64,000 nucleotides of DNA, from contig OY843592.1 in assembly GCA_963692865.2 (NCBI GenBank), forward strand, positions 3,200,001 to 3,264,000, given 5' to 3'. The stretch comes from a bacterium. GTDB taxonomy: Bacteria; UBA8248. The position numbers and the translations under genes were made by a program. The notes beneath the pieces were generated by a model, which was given only the letters and a program-made list of their open reading frames with translations, did not search any database and was not told the origin of the DNA. Shown one piece after another: positions 51,656-61,180 of the stretch; positions within the stretch are counted from its first letter, which is position 1; every line of letters starts with the position of its first letter.

Positions 51656-52609
51656 TCAGGCAGCGACTTTCTGGACGGGGATGCCGAGGGTTTTCGCCTT
51701 GTCGACGAGGTTGTCGGTGATGCCCGAACCGGGGAAGGCGATCACGCCCTTGGGGAGGAGATTCAAGAGCTCGTCGTTGCGGCGGAAGGGAGCCGCCCTG
51801 CCATGGGCGTCCCAGTCGGGTTTGCAGACGATCTGGTGGACGCCGTTCCGCTCGGCCCATCCCGACGCGATCTTCTCCGCACCCGGGCCGCCGCCGTGGA
51901 CGAGAACGACGTCGGCGTACTTGGCCTTGACCTTGTCGAGATGCGCGATGATTTTGCCCGCGTCGGTCGACTCCTTTCCTCCCGCGACGGCGACGAGGGT
52001 TCCCTGGGGAAGATGGGCCGTGTTCGCGCGGTCCTTTTTCGCCCTCTGGAAGTCGCGCGCCTCGATGACGGCGGAGGTCAGCTTGCCGGTCTGCGAGACG
52101 TGTGATCCTCGCCTCGGCCGCCATACCTCGCCGGTCTCGACGCGGTAGGCCTCTGCGGCGGCGTCACGGAGCTGCTCGAAGGCGTCGCGGCGTTCCGTGA
52201 GGTTGTTTGCCCGGTCGGTCGCGAGTTCGAGTTCGCGGGATCGGATCTCCGATCCGTCCTGTTCGCGCTGCAGTTCGCGGATGCCGGGGATGAGCCTGTC
52301 GGCGGCGCGGTCGAGGCGCTGTGTCTGCGCGTCGAGGGTGTTGACGAAGCCCCACAGGAGGTTTCTTCGCTCATCCGCGAGTTGCGTTCCGTCGGGCGCG
52401 GCTTGGGCCAGGATACCGAAGGCCTTGAGGACGGCGTCGGTGGCCTCGCCTTCGTCCCACACGGGGCGGTTGTCGAACTCGTCCGGCCCGGGGGTCGCGC
52501 CGAAGAGTTCGGCCTGCTCGCATACCATGGCGGTGAAGGATTCGTTCTGCGCTTCGTGCTCCGCGTGCTCGTGCATGCTCATCTCCTTGTGTGTCGCGGT
52601 GGCGTTCAT
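51656..52609 (-). CDS. DUF2493 (SLOG/YspA-like) domain protein of conjugative elements
   Basis: VAVAGG, VLVHGGGPGAEKIA, PDWDAHGRAAPFRRND, AFPGSGIT. Confidence 0.85.
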   Translation of the reverse strand: MNATATHKEMSMHEHAEHEAQNESFTAMVCEQAELFGATPGPDEFDNRPVWDEGEATDAVLKAFGILAQAAPDGTQLADERRNLLWGFVNTLDAQTQRLDRAADRLIPGIRELQREQDGSEIRSRELELATDRANNLTERRDAFEQLRDAAAEAYRVETGEVWRPRRGSHVSQTGKLTSAVIEARDFQRAKKDRANTAHLPQGTLVAVAGGKESTDAGKIIAHLDKVKAKYADVVLVHGGGPGAEKIASGWAERNGVHQIVCKPDWDAHGRAAPFRRNDELLNLLPKGVIAFPGSGITDNLVDKAKTLGIPVQKVAA

Positions 52610-52659
52610 CGTTCACTCCTTTCAGTGATTGGGTTTTCCAGTCGGTGGTTCGGTTGCCC

Positions 52660-53034
52660 TCAAGCGAGGGGATGGTTGAATTCAGGAAGAGCGTAGCCGC
52701 GCTCGTTGCGCCCCACTTCCCTGGGCATCCCGTCGAGATACCCGGCCGCCCATTCGGCGGCGCGGGCGAGGACGTCGCCGTGACACGGGAGGGGATGGCA
52801 GTGGCAGCCGAGATCGCAGCCCTGAAGGTCGGCGAGTTGGTAGAGGTCCACCTCCTCATTCCGGATTTTTTCCCACAGCCATCGCCGGTATTTCTCGATG
52901 ACGGCGTCGCGGTCGCCGTCTGTGCCGATCCGGAAGGGGTTTCCCCACTTCGTCATGCGGTCGATCCTCACCAGCAAGCCGCCTCCGAACTGGGGTGCAA
53001 CGTAGTCGTTCAAATTCACCACGGTGGTATCCAT
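52660..53034 (-). CDS. DUF4326 family protein
   Basis: IDRMTKWGNPF, LGCHCHPLPCHGDVL. Confidence 0.88.
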   Translation of the reverse strand: MDTTVVNLNDYVAPQFGGGLLVRIDRMTKWGNPFRIGTDGDRDAVIEKYRRWLWEKIRNEEVDLYQLADLQGCDLGCHCHPLPCHGDVLARAAEWAAGYLDGMPREVGRNERGYALPEFNHPLA

Positions 53035-53070
53035 GCCTTTCTCCTTCGCAGAGGGTTAACGGATGCGCTT

Positions 53071-53269
53071 CTTGGCGTCCCATTTTCAGCACGTAAGGGC
53101 ATCGGGCGACGTTTCCGATGCCCGTAGGCGGGCGAATCAAGGGCCTGTCATTTTCCGGGGGGTTCCCGAAAAACACGCCTCATCGTTTTTTGGGGGGTAC
53201 CGGCAAATGATGGCCGCCTGCGGCCACCCTTTTTTCGCCTGCCGTTCGTGCTAAAATGGGGACGCTAAG
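53071..53269. promoter_or_regulatory. Long branched inverted-repeat structure (Frpo/ssi-like)
   Basis: Outer arms CTTGGCGTCCCATTTTCAGCACG / CGTGCTAAAATGGGGACGCTAAG, with several nested stems. Confidence 0.6.
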
Positions 53270-53563
53270 AGAGAGAAGGTAGTGTCGCCACCGGGATACA
53301 GGAGCCTTTGGGTTTCACGATGAAGGCGAAGCTCATCGGGAAACAGTCTCTCATGCTGCGGAAAGGGTCATTCCGGGCCGTCCTTTCCGGCCCGGAATTC
53401 CCGCAGCGGGGGGTAGACTGAGCCACCCTTCTGGGTATGGAGTGGTTGCAGGCGCAGGCCGATCTTCCGGGAACACGGTTCATCGTTCGCGGAACAGGAG
53501 ATTTACCGGGTGTTCCCGGTAGACGGGAGGGGCCAGCCGGACGACTTCCTCTGGATAACGAGC

Positions 53564-53600
53564 AAAGAAAAAGGGCCGACGCGCGAGGGCGCCGGCCCTT
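53564..53600 (-). terminator. Intrinsic terminator after ssb
   Basis: AAGGGCCG..CGGCCCTT stem with a T-rich tail on the minus strand. Confidence 0.7.
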
Positions 53601-53607
53601 GAAGCAC

Positions 53608-54054
53608 TCAAAACGGGATGTCTTCGCCTACTACGCCTGCGGGAACAGCCACGTCAGCCGTCTCGGCGTGCGCGCCGTTACCGTTGACATTGCCGTTCCC
53701 GTTCACCTTGTCGAGGAACTGCACGCGTCCGCCCGGCGCGATGAGGATCTCGGTCGAGAACCGATCCGAGTCTTCCTCGTCCTTCTTCCAGCGGCGGGTC
53801 TGGAGCTTGCCCGCCACGTAGACCAGGCGGCCCTTCTTCGCGTGCTTTTCGAACATATCCACCAGGCCCGGCTGGAAGGTGACGACCCGGTGCCACTCGG
53901 TCTTCTCCACCCGGTCACCCGACTGCTTGTCGACGTAGCCCTCGTCCGTGGCGATGGACAGGTTCGCGACGCGTCCGCCGCTCGCGAGATGGTTGATGGT
54001 GACGTCGGCGCCGAGACGCCCGATCAGTTCCGCCCTGTTGAGTCCGAATGCCAT
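53608..54054 (-). CDS. ssb: Single-stranded DNA-binding protein
   Basis: NRAELIGRLGAD, TEWHRVV, GKLQTRRW, acidic tail EDIPF. Confidence 0.95.
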   Translation of the reverse strand: MAFGLNRAELIGRLGADVTINHLASGGRVANLSIATDEGYVDKQSGDRVEKTEWHRVVTFQPGLVDMFEKHAKKGRLVYVAGKLQTRRWKKDEEDSDRFSTEILIAPGGRVQFLDKVNGNGNVNGNGAHAETADVAVPAGVVGEDIPF

Positions 54055-54131
54055 TGTAGTACTCCTTCGTGGTGAGAGTGTGAAAAACTGAAGGGAGGGA
54101 GAGAGCCTTTCTCTACGCCCCCCGGTTCGCC

Positions 54132-54266
54132 CTAAACGCTGCAGAACTCCTCCGCCTCGCCTTGCGCCTCGTCACGCAGCTTGCGGATCGTGTACGCGTC
54201 GAGTCCGAGTTCTGCGAGCAGTTCGTCCGCGGTGGGAACGTCGACGTCGTAGTCGTTCTCGTACAT
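54132..54266 (-). CDS. 44-aa acidic hypothetical protein
   Basis: GAGGAGG RBS before the ATG; MYENDYDVDVPTADELLAELGLD...; co-oriented upstream of ssb. Confidence 0.6.
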   Translation of the reverse strand: MYENDYDVDVPTADELLAELGLDAYTIRKLRDEAQGEAEEFCSV

Positions 54267-54942
54267 GGCCAGCCTCCTCTCGGGGTTGTCGCCGGCGTCG
54301 GGGCCGGGAGACCGTCTCCCTCTCCCCTGCCGGGCCTTTGCCCGGCTCCCCGCTTCGCTCCACCTCTCCCCGGGGAAGTACTCATCCCGTGAGGGACTGC
54401 CCACGGAGCGCGAACGGCCTCGGCCCCCGCCGGGGCGAACCGTAGGCGGGCGCGTCTCGATGCCCGCCCGTGCGCGCGGCCGATTCAGGATTCGGATGGA
54501 GGAGGCACGGGAGAAAGGAGACGCATCGGGTGCTGTGGAGTTCGGGAGGGGCGCTCATGTTGCCGCAGGCAGGATTCTTCGCAGGCCCGGTTCGCGTCGT
54601 CCGGGCCGCACCGTGCCGTATTCAGTCGCGGGAGGGGCGGCCTGTTGCCGGCTCACCGGGGCCGCCTGCGGCCGTGGCGGCGCCTCAAGCGGGACGGCCT
54701 GAATGGACTGCGACAGTACCCCCCCGGCGCGGATCCCCCCGCGTCCGGACGGCGGTCGTCAAACCCTCCCTCCCGGTCGGGTCCGGGCCCCGTTCCTGGC
54801 GAGACAGGGACGGACGTCCCAGGGCCGGCAATACGTATCCGGCGGTCGGCAGGCCGGCGGCGCAGGTCCCCCCGCTTCGCTCGGGCTGTCCCCCCGCCGG
54901 CGGGTTGCCGGCGGCACGTGCCCGGCGAACCGGCGCAAGTGT

Positions 54943-55752
54943 CTACCAACTGGCATACCTGGCCATCACCGGAGTATCTTCGACGATTTCCACATCCTTG
55001 CGGGAGAGTTTCGTGAAGGCGAGGCACATCGCGACCTCCTCCCAGGAGTCGAGGGGGCCGTGCTCCTCGCCCGTGGCGAGCTCGACCACCGTGTAGCGCG
55101 GCGGATGGACGGGCATTCCCTTGTGCTCGCCCGAGGAGTGATACGACCGGCGCGCGCAGCTCGCGCATCTCACCCCTGCGTCCGCATCGGCGCCGCAGTC
55201 AACACATGCTCCGCGGGCGCGCCTGCCGTGATAGCGCGCCCGGCTCGCTGCGTTCTTGCGCGGACGGCGTTTCACGTCCCTTGCGGCGCACGAGGCGCAC
55301 GTCGAAGCCTTGTCGATGACTTCCGCACTGCACCGGCCGCATCGCCCGGCGGCCCGCCGCCTGGCGTAGAGTTCCCTCTCTTCAGCGCGCCTTGCCTCCC
55401 GGCAGGCCTCGCAGACGGCGCCTCCTTCGACAGGTGGAACTTTTCCGCAACCGGTGCAGAGGCCCGCCTCGCGTCGTTCGCGCCTGCGTTTTTTGTTTCT
55501 CTCCCGCGCCATGCGCCGGCGGCTTTCGGGGCAACGGCCTCCGTATGCTGCACCCTCCCGCCTGGCCCTGTCGTAGCGGGCGCGTTGGGCTTCCCGGTTC
55601 CTCTCCAGGCATGTAGCGCAAAGACTTCGCTCGGGAGCGGGCCGGTGTTTGCCGCACTTGGGGCACATGCCCCGCGCGCGGCGTTCCGCCACCCGCTTCC
55701 TGTGGCGTTCGCGCTCGAACCTGCGCCTGGCTTCCGGGTCTTTATATGGCAT
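54943..55752 (-). CDS. Cys/Arg-rich protein with repeated CxxC..CxxC zinc-ribbon units
   Basis: GGAGG RBS; MPYKDPE; four GxCxxC-x8-11-CxxC units. Confidence 0.7.
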   Translation of the reverse strand: MPYKDPEARRRFERERHRKRVAERRARGMCPKCGKHRPAPERSLCATCLERNREAQRARYDRARREGAAYGGRCPESRRRMARERNKKRRRERREAGLCTGCGKVPPVEGGAVCEACREARRAEERELYARRRAAGRCGRCSAEVIDKASTCASCAARDVKRRPRKNAASRARYHGRRARGACVDCGADADAGVRCASCARRSYHSSGEHKGMPVHPPRYTVVELATGEEHGPLDSWEEVAMCLAFTKLSRKDVEIVEDTPVMARYASW

Positions 55753-55823
55753 CGTGCGGTCTCCTCCCCCGCGTGTCTGGAATCCGTCCGGCGCCGGGCC
55801 GGCAAGACGTCTTGCGGCATACC

Positions 55824-56123
55824 TCACCGGCACAGCATCTTGCCCCACACGAGGTGTTCTCCCCACAGTTGCAGGCCGCTGCCGGGAACCTTGAGCCCCG
55901 TGCAGACGATGAGTTCATCGCGCGCGGGCCGCATCTCGCGGACCGCACGCCGCGATGCCGTCACGCGCTTCCTCCTGCGCCCGCCCTTCTCGCCTGCGGG
56001 CAGGGGCTTGAGCTCACCCCCGCCCGAGGATTTGTAGCGCCGTACCTCGTATCGCTCGTCCGCCAGGCCACGGCTGAGGAGATGGGTGAGGAAGGTTCGT
56101 GCTTCGGGTCCGGGTTTCCGCAT
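55824..56123 (-). CDS. Hypothetical protein
   Basis: AAGGAGG RBS, 99-aa ORF, co-oriented with its neighbours. Confidence 0.45.
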   Translation of the reverse strand: MRKPGPEARTFLTHLLSRGLADERYEVRRYKSSGGGELKPLPAGEKGGRRRKRVTASRRAVREMRPARDELIVCTGLKVPGSGLQLWGEHLVWGKMLCR

Positions 56124-56240
56124 CGCGCGCCTCCTTGGGTGGGTGGATGATGGCGGCGGAGAACGCCCTCTCCCGGACGCCCGGCCGCGCCTCCTCCCGG
56201 CCAGGCTCCGCCTCTCGGTGGCGCAGGGCGCTGCGGTCTT

Positions 56241-56582
56241 CTACGCGAACCAGGACCCCGGGTCGTGACCGTGGAGTTCCTGCTCCTCGATCTCCCTGCG
56301 CCAGGCGTAACGGCCCGTGCGCGTCGCCCAGTCGAAACGCTCGCCGCGCCCGCCGGGGAGCCGGTAGCGGGTGAAGGCCGTCCAGTCCCCGCCCCGGAAC
56401 CCCCGCCACAGGACGCACGAGAGCGCTGTGAGAAGGCACCAGAGAACCGCACAGAACCAGACGGCCCCCAGGAGGCGGAGACCGCTCCCGGCCGCGAGAG
56501 AGCAGATTGTGGCGAGGAGTGCGAGGCCAGGTCCCGCCAGGACGAGGGACCGGGTGTACGGGGATGGATTCTTGTCGCTCAT
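56241..56582 (-). CDS. Hypothetical two-TM membrane protein
   Basis: GGAGG RBS; two hydrophobic segments. Confidence 0.55.
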   Translation of the reverse strand: MSDKNPSPYTRSLVLAGPGLALLATICSLAAGSGLRLLGAVWFCAVLWCLLTALSCVLWRGFRGGDWTAFTRYRLPGGRGERFDWATRTGRYAWRREIEEQELHGHDPGSWFA

Positions 56583-57357
56583 GGGTCGCGCCTCCGGGAT
56601 TGCGGGTGAGGGGAATGCGGGCGCCGCCCGGCCTCTCCGGCCCGGACCCGCGCCCCCTCCCGGCCCGGCTCGTCCTCTTCGGGGCGCAATGCGCACCCGG
56701 GGAGCACGGTGGAGACCGCCGACGCCGAAAAAAACGCATCCGGATGCCTGTCATTACGAAAACAAAATGAATTGAACCCGAAACAATGCGTTAAATTCAC
56801 ACTGCTTCGTTTATTCCTGGATGCGATCCTGAGAGAATAGCGGGAAATTCCGCCGCTTCGGGTCGTTCCTTTCGTGGCGCGTTGATGGACTGCCCCGGGG
56901 AGAGCGGCGGGCCGCCCCTTGCGGTACCCTGCTCCGTGGCGGACGTGCCGCGCGTCAGGCTTGAGGCTCTCGCCGGCGCCTTGGCCGACCGGAAGGGGTG
57001 GCGGCTTTTGCCGAAAAGGCCGTTCAGGGGAAAACGGGTTGCGGTGACCCTGGGTCGTGCCCCCTTGAACCGGCCAGCCGCCCCTCCCATACGGATATTT
57101 CCCGTATCCGGGGAGGGGTGGCGCTTTCGGGCGGCGGTGCTGTTCCTCTTCGGCAATTCCCGGGAGTTGCTCGCGCGCGGAGGATGAGCGGCGCGTGCAT
57201 CCCGTCGATTGCCGCGAAGCGATGCCGATCGCGCGACTGCCATGACGTATTGTCGATAGCCATATGTTTTGCAACCCCGCCGGAAACGCCATAGAATGGC
57301 CCCTGGTTCGGCACCGCCCGGTTGCGATGCAATTACGGAACGTACGAGGTGGGCTCC

Positions 57358-57570
57358 ATGAACCGGGAGGGCAAGCACGGACACGCCAGGCGGACCGTCG
57401 ACGCGCTGCCGCCCGCCTCGGGCGGCGCCGTCTTCCGGGACCGCGGCCTGCCCGGGTTCGGGGCCCACGCCTCGGGCCGCCAGGTATGCGTCGTCCGGAC
57501 GAGGGGGCCGGACGGCGGTCCGGGGCGCGTCTCCATCGGCCGTCACGGCGAGACGTCCGCGGTGATATGA
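57358..57570 (+). pseudogene. Truncated integrase N-terminal Arm-DNA-binding domain
   Basis: RRTVDALP..AVFRDRGLPGFG..SGRQVCVVRTRGP..RVSIGRHGE aligns with KRTVDAL..AVFWDRELAGFG..GRKTYVVQSRGP..RVTLGRHGE of the 59987-61165 integrase. Confidence 0.8.
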
Positions 57571-58739
57571 TGCGTTACTTGTACATGATCGGCCCTCTCG
57601 CGGGCCTCCTGCTGCTCTTCGCGTGGGCCGGCCCCGCCGCCGCGGACGGCAACTTCTCGCAGCGCCCCGGGTTCGCCGCGTATTTCGCGGCCAACCCTCC
57701 GGCCGGCGCCGCCGGTCCGGCCGATCGGGCCCTGGCCCGCCGCCACGCGCCGCGCTTCCACCTGCCCGCCGGCCACGAAGGTCCCATCGACTTCTACCGC
57801 GACTACATCGCCCACGGCTACCTGATAACGGGCGAGGGCGTTCGCATCGACGGCCCCACCGCCGGTGACCTGAACCGCTACCGCGACGACGCCCGCGCCG
57901 AGTTCACGCACGCGCCGGGAGGCGCCGCGCCCCGGCCCGTCGTCTACGCCGCGGTGGAGCGTACCGGCCTGTGGGGGCCGGAGGAGCCGGACCGGCCGGC
58001 CGGGGAATTCACCGTCCTCACCTACCACCTGGCGTTCCGGGTGAGCGGCCTTCCGGCGGGGTTGTCCCCGGTCGCGGCCATCCCGCTCCGGCTGGTGGCG
58101 GACCTCGACGACTGGCACCAGCTCGACCACTACACCGCCGCGTTCGTGGTCCTGGCCGCGGACGGGCGTCCCGTCGCCCTGACCCTGCAGCAGCACAACT
58201 ACCTGCGCACCTACCTGGTCGGCGAGTCGGTGGAGCCCGGGCCCGACGGGCGCTTCGAGGTCGACGTGGCCATCCGCTCGAACGAGCTTTACCCCCACGC
58301 TGCGGGACGGACGGTGCGCCGGGCGGTGCGGTTCATGGACCATGACGCCCAGGCCTTCATGATGGGTTTCGGCGAGCGCCCGATGATGTCGGCGGACGAC
58401 GTCACCGAGCCTGTGCGCACCGTCGACTACGAGCTCGCCTTCCTCCCCGGTTCCGACGCCTTCTACTCGTTCCAGGGCTTCCTGGGCGAGCGCCGCAGTT
58501 TGCCCGGCCGCGACGGCCCGCCCGGGGCCCGCTACAACACCCTGCCCGAGCTCAAGCCCCTGCCCGCGCAGATTTTAGATGGCTACTGGCGCGCGGGGAA
58601 CGAGGGCGACTGGGCGCGGTACCGGGACAGCCGGGAGGACGGCTCCGGCCCGGCCGGCTTCGCGCGGGCGCAGGCGGGGGTGTTCCACCAAAACCTCGGC
58701 TGCCTGCGCCGGGAGCGCAAAGGCTGCGAGCTGCAGTAG
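57567..58739 (+). CDS. Secreted hypothetical protein
   Basis: Signal peptide ending AGPAAA-D; GC3-rich coding pattern; His/Asp-rich motifs DWHQLDHY and QQHNY. Confidence 0.75.
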   Translation: MMRYLYMIGPLAGLLLLFAWAGPAAADGNFSQRPGFAAYFAANPPAGAAGPADRALARRHAPRFHLPAGHEGPIDFYRDYIAHGYLITGEGVRIDGPTAGDLNRYRDDARAEFTHAPGGAAPRPVVYAAVERTGLWGPEEPDRPAGEFTVLTYHLAFRVSGLPAGLSPVAAIPLRLVADLDDWHQLDHYTAAFVVLAADGRPVALTLQQHNYLRTYLVGESVEPGPDGRFEVDVAIRSNELYPHAAGRTVRRAVRFMDHDAQAFMMGFGERPMMSADDVTEPVRTVDYELAFLPGSDAFYSFQGFLGERRSLPGRDGPPGARYNTLPELKPLPAQILDGYWRAGNEGDWARYRDSREDGSGPAGFARAQAGVFHQNLGCLRRERKGCELQ

Positions 58740-58799
58740 CGGCGCGGGCGACCCTCCCCCGAGCCTTCCTGCGCCCCTGTCGCCGTCCCCGCCGCCCGG

Positions 58800-59990
58800 C
58801 TAGAGGGCGGCGCCCTGCAGCAAGTCTCCGGCGATGCTCTCCGCGACGCGCCCGGCCGCCTCCTGGGCCGAATCGCGAGCGAGGTGCGCGTAGCGCGCCG
58901 TCGTTTCCAGGCGGCTGTGGCCCAGGAGCTTCCCGATGACGGGGAGCGGCTCGCCGAGCGCAAGCGCCCGCGAGGCGTACGAGTGCCTGAGATCGTGCAG
59001 CCTTACGCCCTCGAGGCCCGCGCGCTCCCTGATCGCCCGCCAGGCCTCGTCGACGTTCGCAAGGCGCGTCCCGGGCTTCCTGCCCGGGATGACCCAGGGG
59101 CCGTCGTGGGCGCTGAGGAGACCCGTAAGGAGTTCGACGGCCTCCGGCGGGAGCGGGACGGCCCGCGCGCCCGTCTTGGAGTCGGGCAGCCTCACTTCGG
59201 CCTCCTCAATGTCCACGTCCTCGCGGCGCAGCTTCAGTATCTCGCTCCTCCTGCACCCGGTCAGCGCCAGGAGCCGGATAGCCGCCACAGCGGACGCGGA
59301 GGCGCCGCCCCGGGCCTCCGCCTCGTCGAGCGCCTCTCCCAGGCGGGTGAACTCCGAATCCGTCAGGAACCGCTCGCGCCTGCGCTCGGGGTATTTCACC
59401 AGGGCGCGGCAGGGGTTCGATGCTCCCTCGGGAACCATGCCCCAGCCCGCGGCCTGCTCGTACATCGCGGACAGGACGCGGAGCGCCGTGTTCGCCACCG
59501 CGGGCGTCTCGTAGAGGTTTTCATGGAATTCCGCCACCCGCGCGCGGGAAAGCGCGGCCAGCGGCGCCCTGCCCAGGACGGGCAGGACGTGGCGGTCGAT
59601 CACCGAGCGGTAGAGCGCGGCTGTGCCCGGCTTGCACCGCACCGAGACGTATTCGGTGAGGTAGCGCGCGCACAGTTCTGCCACCGTGGGGCCGGCCTTG
59701 GGGCTAAGCGGCTCAGGCACCGCCTCCTCGCCCGCCTTGATACGCGCGATGATGCGGGCGGCGCGCTTCCTCGCCTCATCGGCGTTGATCACCCCGTGGC
59801 GGCCCACCGCCACCCTCCTGGGACCTTCGGGCCCCCGCGCCTGGGCGACGTAGACTTTCGAGCCGGTGGGATACACCCTCACCCCGAAGCCCGTGAGTTC
59901 CCGATCCCAGAAGACCGTGTCCTTTTTCACCGCGAGTTTCCCGACCGCTCGGTTCGACAGCGTCCCGTGTTCAGTTTTCGCCATCTTCAC
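58800..59990 (-). CDS. Tyrosine recombinase/integrase with Arm-DNA-binding domain (copy 2)
   Basis: TGCRRSE, DSKTG, HDLRHS, LLGH, ARYAH; GTGA overlap with copy 1 (alternative ATG at 59984). Confidence 0.93.
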   Translation of the reverse strand: MKMAKTEHGTLSNRAVGKLAVKKDTVFWDRELTGFGVRVYPTGSKVYVAQARGPEGPRRVAVGRHGVINADEARKRAARIIARIKAGEEAVPEPLSPKAGPTVAELCARYLTEYVSVRCKPGTAALYRSVIDRHVLPVLGRAPLAALSRARVAEFHENLYETPAVANTALRVLSAMYEQAAGWGMVPEGASNPCRALVKYPERRRERFLTDSEFTRLGEALDEAEARGGASASAVAAIRLLALTGCRRSEILKLRREDVDIEEAEVRLPDSKTGARAVPLPPEAVELLTGLLSAHDGPWVIPGRKPGTRLANVDEAWRAIRERAGLEGVRLHDLRHSYASRALALGEPLPVIGKLLGHSRLETTARYAHLARDSAQEAAGRVAESIAGDLLQGAAL

Positions 59991-61165
59991 CCGGCCCTCC
60001 CGTTCGCGATGTGGGCGCCGATGCTCCCGCCCACCCGAACCGCCGCCTCCCTCTCGGCCTCTCGCATCAGGTGCGCGTAACGCGCGCTCGTCGCGACGCT
60101 TGCGTGGCCGAGCAGTTTCCCGATGGTGTAGAGGCTCTCGCCGAGCGCCAGCGCACGCGACGCGTAGGAATGCCTCAAGTCGTGAAGTCTCACGTCTGCG
60201 AGCCCCGCCCGCTCCCTTATCGGCCGCCAGTAGTGGTGCAGGCCCGTCAGGCGTTTTCCCGGTCTCTGGCCCGCGATCACCCAGGGGTTGTCGCCGGAGC
60301 GGGGGATGGCGTCCAGTATCCCGAGCACGGGCTTCGTCAGGGGAACCATGCGGGGACCCGCCTTGGCGTCCCTGAGTCTCAGATCCCCCGCCGTGCGGTC
60401 CACGTCGTCCCACCTGAGATTCAGTATCTCGCCCCTGCGGCACCCGGTCAGGACGAGCAGCCGGATGGCCGCGGTCGCGGGCGGCCATATCCCGTCTTCG
60501 GCCTCGGCCTGCCTGAGCGCACGGCCCAGCCTCCGGTATTCCGCAGGCGTCAGGAACCGCTCGCGCAGCTGAGTCCTGTAGCGGCGAAGCGCCTTGCAGG
60601 GGTTCCGCCCGGGCGGTACCAGCTCCCACGCTTCCGCCAGGGTGTACATCCGCGAGAGGAGGTGGACCGCCCGGTTCGCCAGGACCGGCGTATCGCGCAG
60701 GCCGTGATGGAGTTCCGCGGCTTGCGCCCCGCCGACTTCTCCCAGTCCCATACCGCCCAGGGCGGGCAGGACGTGCTTGTCGAGCACCGTGCGGTACGCG
60801 GCGACGCTTGCGGGTTTGAGGTGTCTCTCCACGTGGGTGCGCATGAAGCGCTCGGCGAGTACCGCCACGGTGGGTTCCACCTCGGGCGGTTCGGCTGCCG
60901 GCTCCTCACCGCGCTTGATGCGGTCGATAACGAGGGCGGCCTTCTTCCTGGCCTCGTCGACGGCCATCTCCCCGTGGCGGCCGAGCGTCACGCGCTTGGG
61001 CCCCGATGGTCCCCGGGACTGCACAACGTAGGTTTTTCTGCCCGTGGCGTGGACGCGCACCCCGAAACCCGCCAGCTCCCGGTCCCAGAAAACCGCGTCA
61101 TTCCCGTCGACCTCGAGCGCGTCGACGGTGCGCTTGGTTAGTTTCAGATCGCTTCGCTTGGGCAT
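59987..61165 (-). CDS. Tyrosine recombinase/integrase with Arm-DNA-binding domain (copy 1)
   Basis: TGCRRGE, DAKAG, HDLRHS, LLGH, ARYAH. Confidence 0.95.
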   Translation of the reverse strand: MPKRSDLKLTKRTVDALEVDGNDAVFWDRELAGFGVRVHATGRKTYVVQSRGPSGPKRVTLGRHGEMAVDEARKKAALVIDRIKRGEEPAAEPPEVEPTVAVLAERFMRTHVERHLKPASVAAYRTVLDKHVLPALGGMGLGEVGGAQAAELHHGLRDTPVLANRAVHLLSRMYTLAEAWELVPPGRNPCKALRRYRTQLRERFLTPAEYRRLGRALRQAEAEDGIWPPATAAIRLLVLTGCRRGEILNLRWDDVDRTAGDLRLRDAKAGPRMVPLTKPVLGILDAIPRSGDNPWVIAGQRPGKRLTGLHHYWRPIRERAGLADVRLHDLRHSYASRALALGESLYTIGKLLGHASVATSARYAHLMREAEREAAVRVGGSIGAHIANGRAG

Positions 61166-61180
61166 CCCGTTTCCTCAAAT

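Noticed and set aside
56770-56830. Possible inverted degenerate copy of the repeated element (reverse complement GGAATAAACGAAGCAGTGTGAATTTAAC); similar faint trace at ~51340-51390
   Set aside because: It requires gaps and has low identity; not counted without a profile search.
58800-60629. 609-aa ORF call for the second integrase
   Set aside because: The N-terminal extension overlaps integrase 1 in another frame; the real start is at about 59990/59984.
41904-61165. CRISPR-associated transposon or RNA-guided integrase
   Set aside because: Cas3 and the adaptation genes are intact, no tnsABC/tniQ is present, and the integrases lie more than 8 kb away with no atypical homing spacer seen.
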